In this document: positions 34,933 through 45,829 of the stretch, one piece after another
How the letters are laid out: each line of letters starts with the position of its first letter
Numbering within the stretch: the stretch's first letter is position 1
Origin: a virus
Taxonomy: Duplodnaviria > Caudoviricetes
Strand: one strand, 5' to 3'
Virus record (IMG/VR): IMGVR_UViG_3300009183_004565
DNA length: 64,000 bases
Notes under the pieces: generated by a model
Told to the model about the DNA's origin: nothing
The model's database searches: none
Seen by the model: the letters and a program-made list of their open reading frames with translations, nothing else
Program-made: the position numbers and the translations under genes

Positions 34933-35255
34933 TAGAACTAAATGAAAGTGCAGTAAGTAAGCTAAAACAGCTTTTCGAAGAAGAGGGAAATCCTAATCTT
35001 AAACTACGTGTATTTGTGCAGGGCGGCGGGTGCTCGGGTATGCAATACGGGTTCACTTTTGATGAAGAGCAAAATGAAGATGATTTTGATGTCAGTGTTG
35101 ATGGGGTAACAATGCTGGTAGATAGCATGAGCGCACAGTATCTGCAAAATGCCAAGATCAAATATACCGAAGATGCAATGGGTTCTAGCTTTAGCATTGA
35201 TAATCCGCAAGCCCAAACCACCTGCGGCTGCGGCAGTAGCTTCAATCCTTATTGA
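34929..35255 (+). CDS. erpA: A-type Fe-S carrier protein (ErpA/IscA/HesB)
   Basis: [25 protein letters not shown]. Confidence 0.92.
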   Translation: MIELNESAVSKLKQLFEEEGNPNLKLRVFVQGGGCSGMQYGFTFDEEQNEDDFDVSVDGVTMLVDSMSAQYLQNAKIKYTEDAMGSSFSIDNPQAQTTCGCGSSFNPY

Positions 35256-35313
35256 TTTCTCAAAACCCAATCTACTTTAACTGCCATAAATACCTAGTAT
35301 ATTAGGATGATCT

Positions 35314-37782
35314 ATGGCAAAACAAACTGTTGATGTAGGTACTTCGGCTAGCGATGGCACAGGCGATGATCTACGTGTTGCTTTTACAAAAATAAACGAA
35401 AATTTTGATGAACTTTACAGCGGAAACGTAGAAGTTACAGCCGCTAATGTACTAGTTTATTCTGTAGCTGGGCGCACAGGTAACGTTGTATTAACTGTCA
35501 ATGATGTATCCCAGGCAGCAAGCAAGTCATATGTAAACACTTCTATCGCCAGTAATTTAGCCAACGTAACAGGGTCTATTACTAACAGCATCAATGCCAA
35601 TGTAGCTGCTGCAAATGTAGTTATAAGCAATCATTCAGCAAGAATAACCACTCTTGAAAGTAATTCAGCTGCCCAGGCCGCGCAGATTAATAGTTTAGTT
35701 ATAGTCAAAGCGAACGTAAGTTATGTTGATACTAGTATTAACAATGCCCTCGGTAATGCAGCCGTTTCTGTACAGTTTGCACAGATTAATGCAAATGTAA
35801 CTGCTGCAAATGCAGCTATTGCTACCAAAGCAAATGGAACAGCACACACATTCAGCGGTAACGTTACTGCCAATTGGTTACTAGCAAATGTTAACCTTAA
35901 AGTCAAAGATCATATTATAGTAGGCCCTGCTCATGACACTGGCGAAATCTGGGCCAATCCTGCAGGATTGTTTTTTGGCAATACTGCACTTACCGCCAAC
36001 TTGTACAGTGGAAGTCGATATTTCCAATTAAATTTACAAAACGTTGATCCATTGGGATCTGGGGATTTTGTCATAACTGCCGACGACGGTAACGATGCCA
36101 GTAATTTTTTATCAATGGGAGTAGCTGGTAGTAACTATAGTGATCCTGGCTATCCAGAAGTACTACCGCATGAAGGATACATATGGCATACTGGCGGTAA
36201 TTTACTACTGCACACACAAACCAATGCTATAAAATTACAAACACAAGATATTACTAGAGTAGAGATTACCAATGCCGGAGTCGTTAAATTACAATTAGGA
36301 ACTCAAATTCAGTTCTCAGATGGGTCTGTACAAAGTACTGCTTTCGTCGGCAACACAAATGTTGCTCCAATCAATGCTAATGTAACTGCAGCCAATTTGG
36401 CTATCTCAGCATTACAATCTAATGCAGGCACTCAACAAGCAAGTATTAATACTTTATTATCAAATGCCGCTACACAGGCCACAACACTTAACACATTAAC
36501 TGCAAATGCTGCTACCCAAGCCTCAGAATTAAGTACGTTAACTGCAAATGCAATTGTTCAAGACACATTAATTAATAATCTACGTGCAAATATTACAGCC
36601 GCAAATGCAAATGCAGCTACACAATCAACTTTAATATCAGCGTTACAAGCAAACATTATTGCAGCTAATTTGCGAATTGTATCCATTGATGCAAATTTAG
36701 GGTCTCAATCGTTATCCATTGATAACTTGATTTCAAATTCTGCCAGTCAAGGTAGTATTCTAAATACCTTACTTGCTAATGCTGGTAGCCAGGCTTTGAC
36801 ATTAAATACCCTAAGTTCAAATGCAGCAGCGCAGGCTATACTAATTAGTAGCCTAGATACAACTGTTTCTGGGCATACATCAAACATTGTCACACTAACT
36901 GCAAATGCTGCTGTACAAGCAGGAAATATTAATACTCTCCGAGGAAATATAACATCTATAGATGTTACCTTAGGAACACTAACAACTAATGCATCTTCTC
37001 AGCAGGCTAGTATTACTTCATTGACATCAAATGCCGCTACACAGGCTGTAACAATTAATAATTTATATACTCAAAGTAATGCACTTACAACAAATGTAGC
37101 AACGATTTACAATATGGTTAACGTAGGTAATGTTTCTATAACTGAATTATATTCTAATTTGCAATTTACAGCAAATACAGTGGAAGGTGCTATATTCAGG
37201 GCCAATCTTCAGGTACCAACACTTATTGCAAATGCAAACATATTTGTCGGAGAAAGTATACATGTAGGTGCATATCCTCAATTTGATGATGCTAATATCG
37301 CAGCATCGTTCTTGGGGAATATTAATTCAAAGTTTTTTATTGCTTTGCAAAATACTAACACAGGATCAAAGTCCGAGGGTGCAATAAAAATTATTGCCGA
37401 TGATGGCGACACCACAAATAATTATATCAATATTGGTATGTACGGTGAGAATTTCAGTGGAAACTTTGAGCAATCAGGTTTACCTTCATTCCCCCATGAT
37501 GGATATTTTACCACAATAGGAGGAAATGCTGCTGTACGTTCTACTGGTAACGTATATCTGAATGCAAATACATCATTAGTCAGACTTGAAAAAGATGGAG
37601 CTTTTACTTTAATAAATTGTGGATTAAAATTTGATTTAAATGGCAATTCACAAACAATACCGTATATTCCCGGCAGTGAACCGTTTACTGTAGCAAATAT
37701 CAGTAACTGGAATGCGGGAGTTAATACTATATCAGCAGCACTTAATCAACTAGCAGCTAGACTAAAGGCCCTTGGTGGTTAA
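35314..37782 (+). CDS. baseplate/tail-fibre protein with long coiled-coil stalk
   Basis: N-terminal GTSASDGTGDDLRVAFTKINENFDELY (T4 gp9/gp10-like); ~14-aa repeats TLxxNAAxQ. Confidence 0.75.
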   Translation: MAKQTVDVGTSASDGTGDDLRVAFTKINENFDELYSGNVEVTAANVLVYSVAGRTGNVVLTVNDVSQAASKSYVNTSIASNLANVTGSITNSINANVAAANVVISNHSARITTLESNSAAQAAQINSLVIVKANVSYVDTSINNALGNAAVSVQFAQINANVTAANAAIATKANGTAHTFSGNVTANWLLANVNLKVKDHIIVGPAHDTGEIWANPAGLFFGNTALTANLYSGSRYFQLNLQNVDPLGSGDFVITADDGNDASNFLSMGVAGSNYSDPGYPEVLPHEGYIWHTGGNLLLHTQTNAIKLQTQDITRVEITNAGVVKLQLGTQIQFSDGSVQSTAFVGNTNVAPINANVTAANLAISALQSNAGTQQASINTLLSNAATQATTLNTLTANAATQASELSTLTANAIVQDTLINNLRANITAANANAATQSTLISALQANIIAANLRIVSIDANLGSQSLSIDNLISNSASQGSILNTLLANAGSQALTLNTLSSNAAAQAILISSLDTTVSGHTSNIVTLTANAAVQAGNINTLRGNITSIDVTLGTLTTNASSQQASITSLTSNAATQAVTINNLYTQSNALTTNVATIYNMVNVGNVSITELYSNLQFTANTVEGAIFRANLQVPTLIANANIFVGESIHVGAYPQFDDANIAASFLGNINSKFFIALQNTNTGSKSEGAIKIIADDGDTTNNYINIGMYGENFSGNFEQSGLPSFPHDGYFTTIGGNAAVRSTGNVYLNANTSLVRLEKDGAFTLINCGLKFDLNGNSQTIPYIPGSEPFTVANISNWNAGVNTISAALNQLAARLKALGG

Positions 37783-37811
37783 ATGATAACAAAATAATGG
37801 ATTAAAAAAAT

Positions 37812-39695
37812 ATGCCAACATCATTAGTATCTATAGGTTCAGCAGCAAACGACGGGTCCGGTGACCCAATTCGAACAGCATTTGGTACAGTAAACGATAA
37901 TTTTGACCTTATAAATGCAACACTATTTGCAGGAACTGAGTCTAGTATTATTAGTGCAGTTAGCGTTACTGCCGGACAATTGATTTCGAATACATTTATA
38001 TTTGCAAATACCTACGTGAATGCCAATAGTATTGTTGGTAACACAGTGACTAGTAACGGAAACTTATACGTTAGTCAAGGTGGCGGTTATATCATTGGTA
38101 ACTTAACTGTTGTTGGAAATCTAAATGTTACCGGAAGTCAAGCAGCAAGTCAGAGTCAACAGTCCGGATCACCAATTCTTGCATTGCACTATTCTGCAAC
38201 GCCATTAACTATCAATGACGGAACCGATATTGGATTAGAATGGCAATATTACAAAGGCGCACAGAGACTAGGTTTCTTGGGTTGGCAAAATACCACTGGT
38301 ACGCTGGTGTACATGGACAATATCACTGATACTGCAAATGTTATCAGTGGGACCTACGGTAATGTCAGATTTGGTTCTTTACTAATAAGCAATACTACCG
38401 CTGCTACCAGCAATACGTCGGGCGCATTGCAAGTGACCGGTGGTGTTAGTACTCAAGGCAACTTGTATGTACAAGGAAATTTAAGAGCAACATTTGCAAA
38501 TGTGGCAAATTTATCTGTGTCTGGTTATTATGTCGGTAGTTTAAATTTTGCTGGGTCAGATACCATTTACATCAATGGAAGCCCAGTGCAAACAGCAGCT
38601 ACTTCTTTTAACGGTGGTCCTGTTGGATTGGCTACAACATTTAATTCTCTAACACAATCAACTTCAACTTCAACTGGTGCTGTTATTGTGCTAGGTGGGT
38701 TAGGAGTTGCTGGTAATATTTGGTCCGGTAATTTACATACCGCCGCCGGCGGTAATGTTAGAGCAAATGTACAAGGAACTATTTTTACCGTTGCACAACC
38801 TTTCATTACCAGTCTTGGAACGCTAACCAGCCTGTCTGTACAAGGACAAATTAATAGTAGGAATATTGTTCCAGAAACAAATTTAACATACAGTATAGGA
38901 TCAAGTACAAGTACACGATGGGCCAAAATTTGGGCATTTGACACTGACTTTAGTGGTGCAATGACTTTGGCTGGAATATTAACCTCAACTGCAAATATCA
39001 ATATCAACACTACCGGTGCTGCTTCTTTAAGCACAACCACTGCGGTAGCGGAGGTATTTAACACCGGTGCAACCACAGTTCGTATTGGTGGTGGCGGTGT
39101 AACAGAATTTGATAGTAACACTCAGTCAACATCTACAACAACCGGTGCAGTACAAATCATTGGTGGAGTTGGCATTGCAACTGGTAATTTGCACATTGGG
39201 GGCTCCGGTGGACGAGCAATTACTCATGCTGGGGATATTATACCGTCGGCAAATTTGGTTTCTAACTTGGGGTCACCAACTGCCTGGTATAACACATTCT
39301 TTGGAGTGTCAACTCAAGCCAAATATGCTGACTTGGCAGAAAACTATCTGTCAGATTATAATTATGAAACTGGTACTGTTGTTGTATTTGGTGGCGAACA
39401 AGAAATTACAATTACCAATGAATTTGCTGACACTAGAGTAGCCGGAGTTATTTCAACCAATCCTGCTTACTTAATGAATGCTGATCTTGACGGACTGCCA
39501 GTGGCACTACGAGGAAGGGTTCCTGTGAGAGTAACCGGTCCAGTAACAAAAGGTGATCTTTTAGTTACTTCTACCACCGAAGGATATGCAAGGAGTATTG
39601 GCCGAGACAACGGGTATGGTTTAGCTGTATTTGCAAAAAGTCTTGAATCAAATCAGGCCAATGGAACAAAAATAATTGAGGCAGTAATAATATAA
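37812..39695 (+). CDS. tail-fibre protein with C-terminal intramolecular-chaperone (peptidase G2-like) domain
   Basis: NDGSGDPIRTAF N-terminus; TTTGA repeats; KYADLAENY...STNPAYLMN...VALRGRVPV. Confidence 0.78.
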   Translation: MPTSLVSIGSAANDGSGDPIRTAFGTVNDNFDLINATLFAGTESSIISAVSVTAGQLISNTFIFANTYVNANSIVGNTVTSNGNLYVSQGGGYIIGNLTVVGNLNVTGSQAASQSQQSGSPILALHYSATPLTINDGTDIGLEWQYYKGAQRLGFLGWQNTTGTLVYMDNITDTANVISGTYGNVRFGSLLISNTTAATSNTSGALQVTGGVSTQGNLYVQGNLRATFANVANLSVSGYYVGSLNFAGSDTIYINGSPVQTAATSFNGGPVGLATTFNSLTQSTSTSTGAVIVLGGLGVAGNIWSGNLHTAAGGNVRANVQGTIFTVAQPFITSLGTLTSLSVQGQINSRNIVPETNLTYSIGSSTSTRWAKIWAFDTDFSGAMTLAGILTSTANININTTGAASLSTTTAVAEVFNTGATTVRIGGGGVTEFDSNTQSTSTTTGAVQIIGGVGIATGNLHIGGSGGRAITHAGDIIPSANLVSNLGSPTAWYNTFFGVSTQAKYADLAENYLSDYNYETGTVVVFGGEQEITITNEFADTRVAGVISTNPAYLMNADLDGLPVALRGRVPVRVTGPVTKGDLLVTSTTEGYARSIGRDNGYGLAVFAKSLESNQANGTKIIEAVII

Positions 39696-42600
39696 TGAGT
39701 GTAATTACTTGGGTAACTGCTAAAGGAAATCTTGGTACTATCCCGGAAACGCAATTCTATTCGTATCAACTTGAAGCAGTTGACAGCGATGAGCAATCTC
39801 TTTTCTATAGTGTTATTTCTGGGGATTTGCCGGGTGGCATGTATGTTAACCGATCCACTGGAGAAGTCCGAGGAACACCCAGTATTCAAAGTACAGTAGC
39901 TCAATCATTGACGTATGCCTTTACAATTAGAGCCACAAATCCCAATGGTGTAGTAGCAGATAGATCTTTTTCTTTAACTGTAAGTAACACTAGCGGTCCA
40001 GAAATTTTTCCTAAACCTGATTTGGTTGGTGCCTGGTTTGATGGTAATTTTTTAGATTATACTTTTCAAGCCATAAACAATAATTCTTCAGCACTACAAA
40101 CATGGTCTATACTATCCGGCGATTTGCCTCCCGGAACCACACTGTCTCCCAACGGAAGACTGTCAGGATATGTGTCGTTAATTGCGGCTAACTCAGACGA
40201 GTTAGGCTATGAAGCCAATGGCATTGATAATAAATCATTTGATATTTTACCCAAGAGTAGAGACAAATATTATAATTTCACTTTGCAAGTGACCGACGGT
40301 GCAAAATATAACACTCTAACTGTTAGAGTTTTGATTGTAAGCAAGGGCAGTTATACTGCCGATAATCTTATTACTGTAATCAATAATACCTTTATCAAGG
40401 TTGATGCAGATAATAAGTATAGACCAATTATTATCAATGCGCCACAAGTGTCAACAATTACAACATTGGGTAATAGTCTACAACGAAACGACACTATCAC
40501 AACAGTGTACGAATATCCCACATTATTGGCCGGGGATACATTTGCCTTTAAGATGATTGCATATGATCCTGAAGAAGCAAGCATATCGTGGAGTGCAGAC
40601 GAATTTCTGTTCAGTGGTCTAGATGAACTAGATGCTGCACAAAGAGATACTTTGATTATTGGTAATGCTACTGTAGGACCATATACACTTAACAGTACTC
40701 CGGCAAGTGCCAACGCAATCTCGGTAAGGATTAACGGACAACTTTTAATACCAATTGACGATTATTCAGTAAGTGGTGCCAATTTAACTTTTTCTCATTA
40801 TGCTATATCTAGTATAAACAGGGTATCAAATCTAGTAACTGTTACTACTGCTTCACATAGTTATACTGCCAATTCTGTAATTAAAGTAGCGAATGTTGCT
40901 AATTCAACTTTCAATGGTACCTTTACTGTTAGTAATGTGACCCCAACGACTATCACATACGTCCAGGTGATAGCCAATGCAAGTGCTTCATCAGGTACTG
41001 TATCCACGTATGCACCAACAATAAACGACGAAATTGAAATTTATTATATAGTAACTGGATCGGCACCAACTGGTACTGGATTTGATACCATTTTATTTGA
41101 TCAAGGCGTCGAAGGATTACCTGCAGGTGTTAGCATTGATACGAATACTGGTTGGCTGTCTGGACAACTTCCTGCCCAAGTCGAAGATGAAAAAATTTAT
41201 AGCTTGACTATCAATGCGTATAGAACTTTAACACCTTCTTATAAAAGCGATCCTGTAACTTTTAGTTTTAAAGCACGAAGAACAATCAATGAAGAAATTT
41301 CATGGAGTACGCCATTTGATTTAGGATATATCAATAACGGATCAATCAGTGAATTGTCAATTGCGGCTACAAACACATTAGGAAAAGAATTAGAGTATAG
41401 TTTAGTATATAATCCGTACAAACGTATACCGCAAGGATTAAAATTACTATCAACTGGACGATTTGTTGGCAGAGTTACGTTTCGATATTTTTCACTGGAT
41501 GGCAGTATAGGTCGAATAAATCTACTATCAACTACAAATATTAACATAGGAATGAGTATTCAGGGAGTTGGAGTTGCGGCTGGCTGTGAAGTAACTGCAA
41601 TCATTGACGATAACCAAATTGAAGTACGTCCGGCCATCTATGTGAGTCAAGGAACAGTTCTTACTTTTAGTGACATTACTACTACAACTGTAGCATCTAC
41701 TAGCTCAAATTCAATTTCTACAGCAATTGACGGAGGTTCTACTACTTTTGATCAAGATTGTTATTTTACTGCCAAGGCTATTGCAATCGACGGTAGTATC
41801 AGCAGTGAGAAAAATTTTGTAATACATATCAGTCAACGCAATCTTGCGCCGTACGAAAATTTATGGCTTAAGGCATTACCATCAAAAGAGCAAAGATTGG
41901 CATACAAGAACTTGATTGAAGATCAAGACCTATTTCCAGAATCAGTACTATACAGACCTGATGATCCTTACTTTGGAATTAGAAAAAGTTTACGTATACA
42001 ATTCTTATCTGGATTAAGTCCTTCTCAGATTGCGACATACACATCTGCCGTTGAGCGTAATCATTATACCAAAGTTATCAATTTTGGAGATATTAAAATC
42101 GCCCGTGCAATAGACGCCAATGGTAATATTGTTTACGAAATAGTATATGTTGATGCAGTAGATACTCAAACGTATGCCACCGCAGGGCCTCCGCTAAGTA
42201 AAGAACTTAATATTGCAAATGGATATTTAATAGGCAATACCGAATATAAAACTATCTATCCGAACAGTTTTACAAATATGCAATATCAAATTGATAATGC
42301 AATTGGATACACCAATAGGGGAGCATTGCCAAGTTGGATGACGTCTGTGCAAGAAAATGGTCAAGTACTTGGCCCAATTAAGGCTATTATATTAGCCTAT
42401 GTTCAACCCGGCGCTGGAAAATTAGTTCAATATAGATTAAAAAATACTCCAAAATTTCCAGCTGGAAATTTTTCTTTTGTAGCTGATAGATATCAGTGGG
42501 AAAACTATCTTTCTAAATTTTATGATGTGGTTAACGCAACATTCTTGCCTAGTAGGGATACTACCTTTGATAAATATCCCAACTTGGGCCAAGGATCTGA

Positions 42601-43501
42601 CAGTGTTGTTACTAGTTTCAAATTTGCAGTAACTTCGGCAAACACTATTGTAGTTGGTAACGATTTGGCGTTCGGGGTAGGATGGCAAATTTCTAATTTG
42701 GATTCTACTTCAACTATACCTGCCGATACTTATATCACTGAAATTGTAGATAATACTATTACAGTATCAAATGACGTGACTGGAATAATTGGCTCTAGTA
42801 TCAAGATTAACGGATCTGCAAATGCTGATTATGCTGTTTCGACCTATTTTAGTAATATAAATGGTTCATTAAGATCTAGATTAATACGTGAATCATTGAT
42901 TGATGGAGTGCAAAGTTTTCAAAACAACGAAACTATAATTTTTGCTCAGCAAGAAAACTTTGGCGGTGACCCAACTAACGATGGATGGTTACTCGAAGAT
43001 GGTACTACTAGTATTCCGGGGTACCTAGATAAACTAAGTGGGTTAAGTACTAAAAATCAAAGATGCGGAATTTGGGCCTTTAAATTCAACTCAATACCCA
43101 CTGTTGGATTTGATAGCGATGACACAGGATTTGATAGTCCCAGCACTGGACTATTTAATGGGTACTATGATCAAAGTGATGACTCGGAAATCCATTTAGA
43201 GTTTGTACAAGAGTTAATTGTAAATCAAACTATTAAAATACGTAGCGGTAAAACATACCCGGCATCAACGCTACAATACAAACTATCCAAAAATGTATCT
43301 ATTCCTAAATATTTGCCTTTTGAAGGCACTTTGGGTAGTGATGAAACCACATTTGACGGGGGTAGCTGTTACTGTCGTGAGGGCGACGAGCGTGGTGGAA
43401 TCCGTGGTGGAACTGCATTTAGCAACAACAGAGACAAATATGAGGTTCCAGAATCATTAGATAAATATATTAAATTCCCACAGGATGGAGTATTCGTATA
43501 A
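39695..43501 (+). CDS. large baseplate/structural protein with Ig-like (He_PIG) domains
   Basis: SGDLPGGM, SGDLPPGTTL, LPAGVSIDTNTGWLSG, TTFD repeats. Confidence 0.72.
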   Translation: MSVITWVTAKGNLGTIPETQFYSYQLEAVDSDEQSLFYSVISGDLPGGMYVNRSTGEVRGTPSIQSTVAQSLTYAFTIRATNPNGVVADRSFSLTVSNTSGPEIFPKPDLVGAWFDGNFLDYTFQAINNNSSALQTWSILSGDLPPGTTLSPNGRLSGYVSLIAANSDELGYEANGIDNKSFDILPKSRDKYYNFTLQVTDGAKYNTLTVRVLIVSKGSYTADNLITVINNTFIKVDADNKYRPIIINAPQVSTITTLGNSLQRNDTITTVYEYPTLLAGDTFAFKMIAYDPEEASISWSADEFLFSGLDELDAAQRDTLIIGNATVGPYTLNSTPASANAISVRINGQLLIPIDDYSVSGANLTFSHYAISSINRVSNLVTVTTASHSYTANSVIKVANVANSTFNGTFTVSNVTPTTITYVQVIANASASSGTVSTYAPTINDEIEIYYIVTGSAPTGTGFDTILFDQGVEGLPAGVSIDTNTGWLSGQLPAQVEDEKIYSLTINAYRTLTPSYKSDPVTFSFKARRTINEEISWSTPFDLGYINNGSISELSIAATNTLGKELEYSLVYNPYKRIPQGLKLLSTGRFVGRVTFRYFSLDGSIGRINLLSTTNINIGMSIQGVGVAAGCEVTAIIDDNQIEVRPAIYVSQGTVLTFSDITTTTVASTSSNSISTAIDGGSTTFDQDCYFTAKAIAIDGSISSEKNFVIHISQRNLAPYENLWLKALPSKEQRLAYKNLIEDQDLFPESVLYRPDDPYFGIRKSLRIQFLSGLSPSQIATYTSAVERNHYTKVINFGDIKIARAIDANGNIVYEIVYVDAVDTQTYATAGPPLSKELNIANGYLIGNTEYKTIYPNSFTNMQYQIDNAIGYTNRGALPSWMTSVQENGQVLGPIKAIILAYVQPGAGKLVQYRLKNTPKFPAGNFSFVADRYQWENYLSKFYDVVNATFLPSRDTTFDKYPNLGQGSDSVVTSFKFAVTSANTIVVGNDLAFGVGWQISNLDSTSTIPADTYITEIVDNTITVSNDVTGIIGSSIKINGSANADYAVSTYFSNINGSLRSRLIRESLIDGVQSFQNNETIIFAQQENFGGDPTNDGWLLEDGTTSIPGYLDKLSGLSTKNQRCGIWAFKFNSIPTVGFDSDDTGFDSPSTGLFNGYYDQSDDSEIHLEFVQELIVNQTIKIRSGKTYPASTLQYKLSKNVSIPKYLPFEGTLGSDETTFDGGSCYCREGDERGGIRGGTAFSNNRDKYEVPESLDKYIKFPQDGVFV

Positions 43502-45094
43502 ATGACAAGCCAAGTTAATCCAAATAATATTGATGGTACATACCCAGTTGCAGGCCAAGACAATGACAGTCAGGGCTTTCGTGACAACTTTACCAACATT
43601 CGAAACAATTTTACATATATTAAAGCAGAAGTCGAAGATTTACAGTCCAAGGCTGTACTCAAAACTGCGTTAACTAACACTACTATAGATAACAATCTAC
43701 AAGGTAATGCTATTGTTGGTGCCAGTTTAACCAGCTATAGAGAAACTTATAACGATATTGGTAGTGTTAGCGGGTCAATTACAGTTGACTTTACTAACGG
43801 TAATTTCCAAAAAATTACCATGAGCGGGTCAACTACCCTAGCTTTCAGTTTCCCTGACAGCGCAAGCGGACAATATTCAAGCATTAAATTATGGGTATCC
43901 AATCCCAGTGCTGGATATACATTGACATTACCAAGTACATGTACACTTGGTGATCCTGACACAATTGCAGGCTTAGCAGGAACTAGTCCTCCGATCATCA
44001 CATTTAATAGTGCAGAAATTGCCAATAATACCAATTATTTGTTTGAGTTCTTCACAGTAGACAAAGGTACTACAATTGGTATTAGAGATTTAATCCGCAA
44101 CAGAGACATTGATCTAAGCGGTTTAAGTATTACCGGAAATCTAACTATAGACAATGTTAGATCTACTGGCAATGTTGTTACTACTAACGGCATTTTTTGG
44201 GCAGCGAACGGTAATCCATATGCCCCACCAGCTAGTGGTTCATTTACTGGCAATGTTACATCAACTGCTGACTTCGTCGCCACAGGCAATGTATGGGCAC
44301 AAGCAGGTCATTTTAGAACAAGTGCAAGCACAGTATTTCTGGCCAACACAACACCAACCACCGGTTTCCTATTAGGCGGTGCAACTCAAATTTTTATCGG
44401 TGCAACAGCCGGTACTTCAACGTTTGCTGGTGTAATTAAGGCAAACGGTAACATTGTAGCTTCGGCAACAACAACATCTGTTGATACTAACACCGGAGCA
44501 CTAGTAGTAAAAGGTGGTGCTGCTGTTGTTGGCGTATTAAACGTTGGTGGTAATGTTGTAGCTGCCGCAACAACAGTATCAACGTCTACTACTACTGGTG
44601 CATTAGTTGTTGCTGGTGGTGCAGGTATCGCTGGCGTAGCAGTTGTAGGTGGTAACCTTGTTGCTGCTGCAACAACTACATCGGCTGCTGCTTCTACTAC
44701 TACTGGTGCATTAGTTGTTGCTGGTGGTGTTGGTGTTGCTAGTAACATCAATGTTGGTGGCAATCTTGTTACCACTGGTGGAAGAATTAACACTAGCAAT
44801 TTCTTAGCCACTGTGGTTACTGGACAAGAACTAGTAGCCAACGTAGCATATAATACATTCATCATTGATACTGCAAGTAGTGCAACAATTGCAAATCTAT
44901 GGGTTACTATCCCAGCATCAGCAGTTAATGGTACAGAAATGGTAATCAGTACATTAGCACCATTAACTTCGTGCAATGTTCGAGCCATTGGTGGTACTGT
45001 AAAATGGGTACCAACTACTTTTGCCTCAGCTGGTAATGTAGCAATTAAGTTAATTTACAGCTCAACAAGTAGCGCCTGGTTACGATCAGCTTAA
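43502..45094 (+). CDS. tail-fibre/structural protein
   Basis: YPVAGQDNDSQGFRDNF N-terminus; STTTGALVVAGG repeats. Confidence 0.72.
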   Translation: MTSQVNPNNIDGTYPVAGQDNDSQGFRDNFTNIRNNFTYIKAEVEDLQSKAVLKTALTNTTIDNNLQGNAIVGASLTSYRETYNDIGSVSGSITVDFTNGNFQKITMSGSTTLAFSFPDSASGQYSSIKLWVSNPSAGYTLTLPSTCTLGDPDTIAGLAGTSPPIITFNSAEIANNTNYLFEFFTVDKGTTIGIRDLIRNRDIDLSGLSITGNLTIDNVRSTGNVVTTNGIFWAANGNPYAPPASGSFTGNVTSTADFVATGNVWAQAGHFRTSASTVFLANTTPTTGFLLGGATQIFIGATAGTSTFAGVIKANGNIVASATTTSVDTNTGALVVKGGAAVVGVLNVGGNVVAAATTVSTSTTTGALVVAGGAGIAGVAVVGGNLVAAATTTSAAASTTTGALVVAGGVGVASNINVGGNLVTTGGRINTSNFLATVVTGQELVANVAYNTFIIDTASSATIANLWVTIPASAVNGTEMVISTLAPLTSCNVRAIGGTVKWVPTTFASAGNVAIKLIYSSTSSAWLRSA

Positions 45095-45158
45095 TTAACC
45101 AAAACTAATTGACTCCTAGTGTTGCATAGTGTATAATTGTGCAAACTAGGAGTTTTTT

Positions 45159-45593
45159 ATGACTGTAGACTTGAATCGTTATTCCGAATTTGTTGGTGCA
45201 GTTACCAGCCAACCATCACGAGATCTAACCACATTTATGAATCGGTTGGATGAGCTGGACGCCAACTTCAATTACGAAACAGACACACATGGCCCAGATA
45301 TTAATGTTCCGCTATTAATCACCGGCGCACTGGGACTTGCTGCCGAAACCGGAGAGTTTTGCGAGATACCCAAGAAAATGTTGTTCCAAGGTAAACCGTT
45401 AACCGAAGAAAACGTATTTCACATGAAACGTGAACTGGGTGATATCATGTGGTACTGGATCAATGCTTGTCGTGCATTGAACCTAGATCCCAATGACGTT
45501 ATTGCAGAAAACGTAAATAAACTTATGAGCCGCTACCCCGGCGGACATTTTGATGTACACTACTCCGAAAACAGGAGAGAAGGAGATTTGTAA
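45159..45593 (+). CDS. MazG-like nucleotide pyrophosphohydrolase
   Basis: GLAAETGEFCE, ELGDIMWY, ENVNKLMSRYP. Confidence 0.88.
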   Translation: MTVDLNRYSEFVGAVTSQPSRDLTTFMNRLDELDANFNYETDTHGPDINVPLLITGALGLAAETGEFCEIPKKMLFQGKPLTEENVFHMKRELGDIMWYWINACRALNLDPNDVIAENVNKLMSRYPGGHFDVHYSENRREGDL

Positions 45594-45829
45594 TGCACCC
45601 ACTTGTATCCGACTTATCTAATTTATCCAATGAAGATTTGCATAAAAAATACAATGAGTTAATGGCCAAGATGAATCAAGCATATCGTTCAGGACCCACA
45701 AGCATAATCCCACAGATGCAAATGATTATAGAAAACTATCGCTATGAAATGGATAAGCGTAATCGTAAAACACTAGAAGAGATGGAAGCCAAGAACGACA
45801 AACTCAAAGGAATAATTGATATCAAATGA
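45593..45829 (+). CDS. hypothetical helical protein
   Basis: TAATG coupling. Confidence 0.65.
   Translation: MHPLVSDLSNLSNEDLHKKYNELMAKMNQAYRSGPTSIIPQMQMIIENYRYEMDKRNRKTLEEMEAKNDKLKGIIDIK

Noticed and set aside
44386-44988. 200-aa minus-strand Thr/Ala/Pro-rich ORF, and similar ones at 38567-39121 and 9910-10260
   Set aside because: Antisense shadows of repetitive fibre or low-complexity genes, caused by codon bias.
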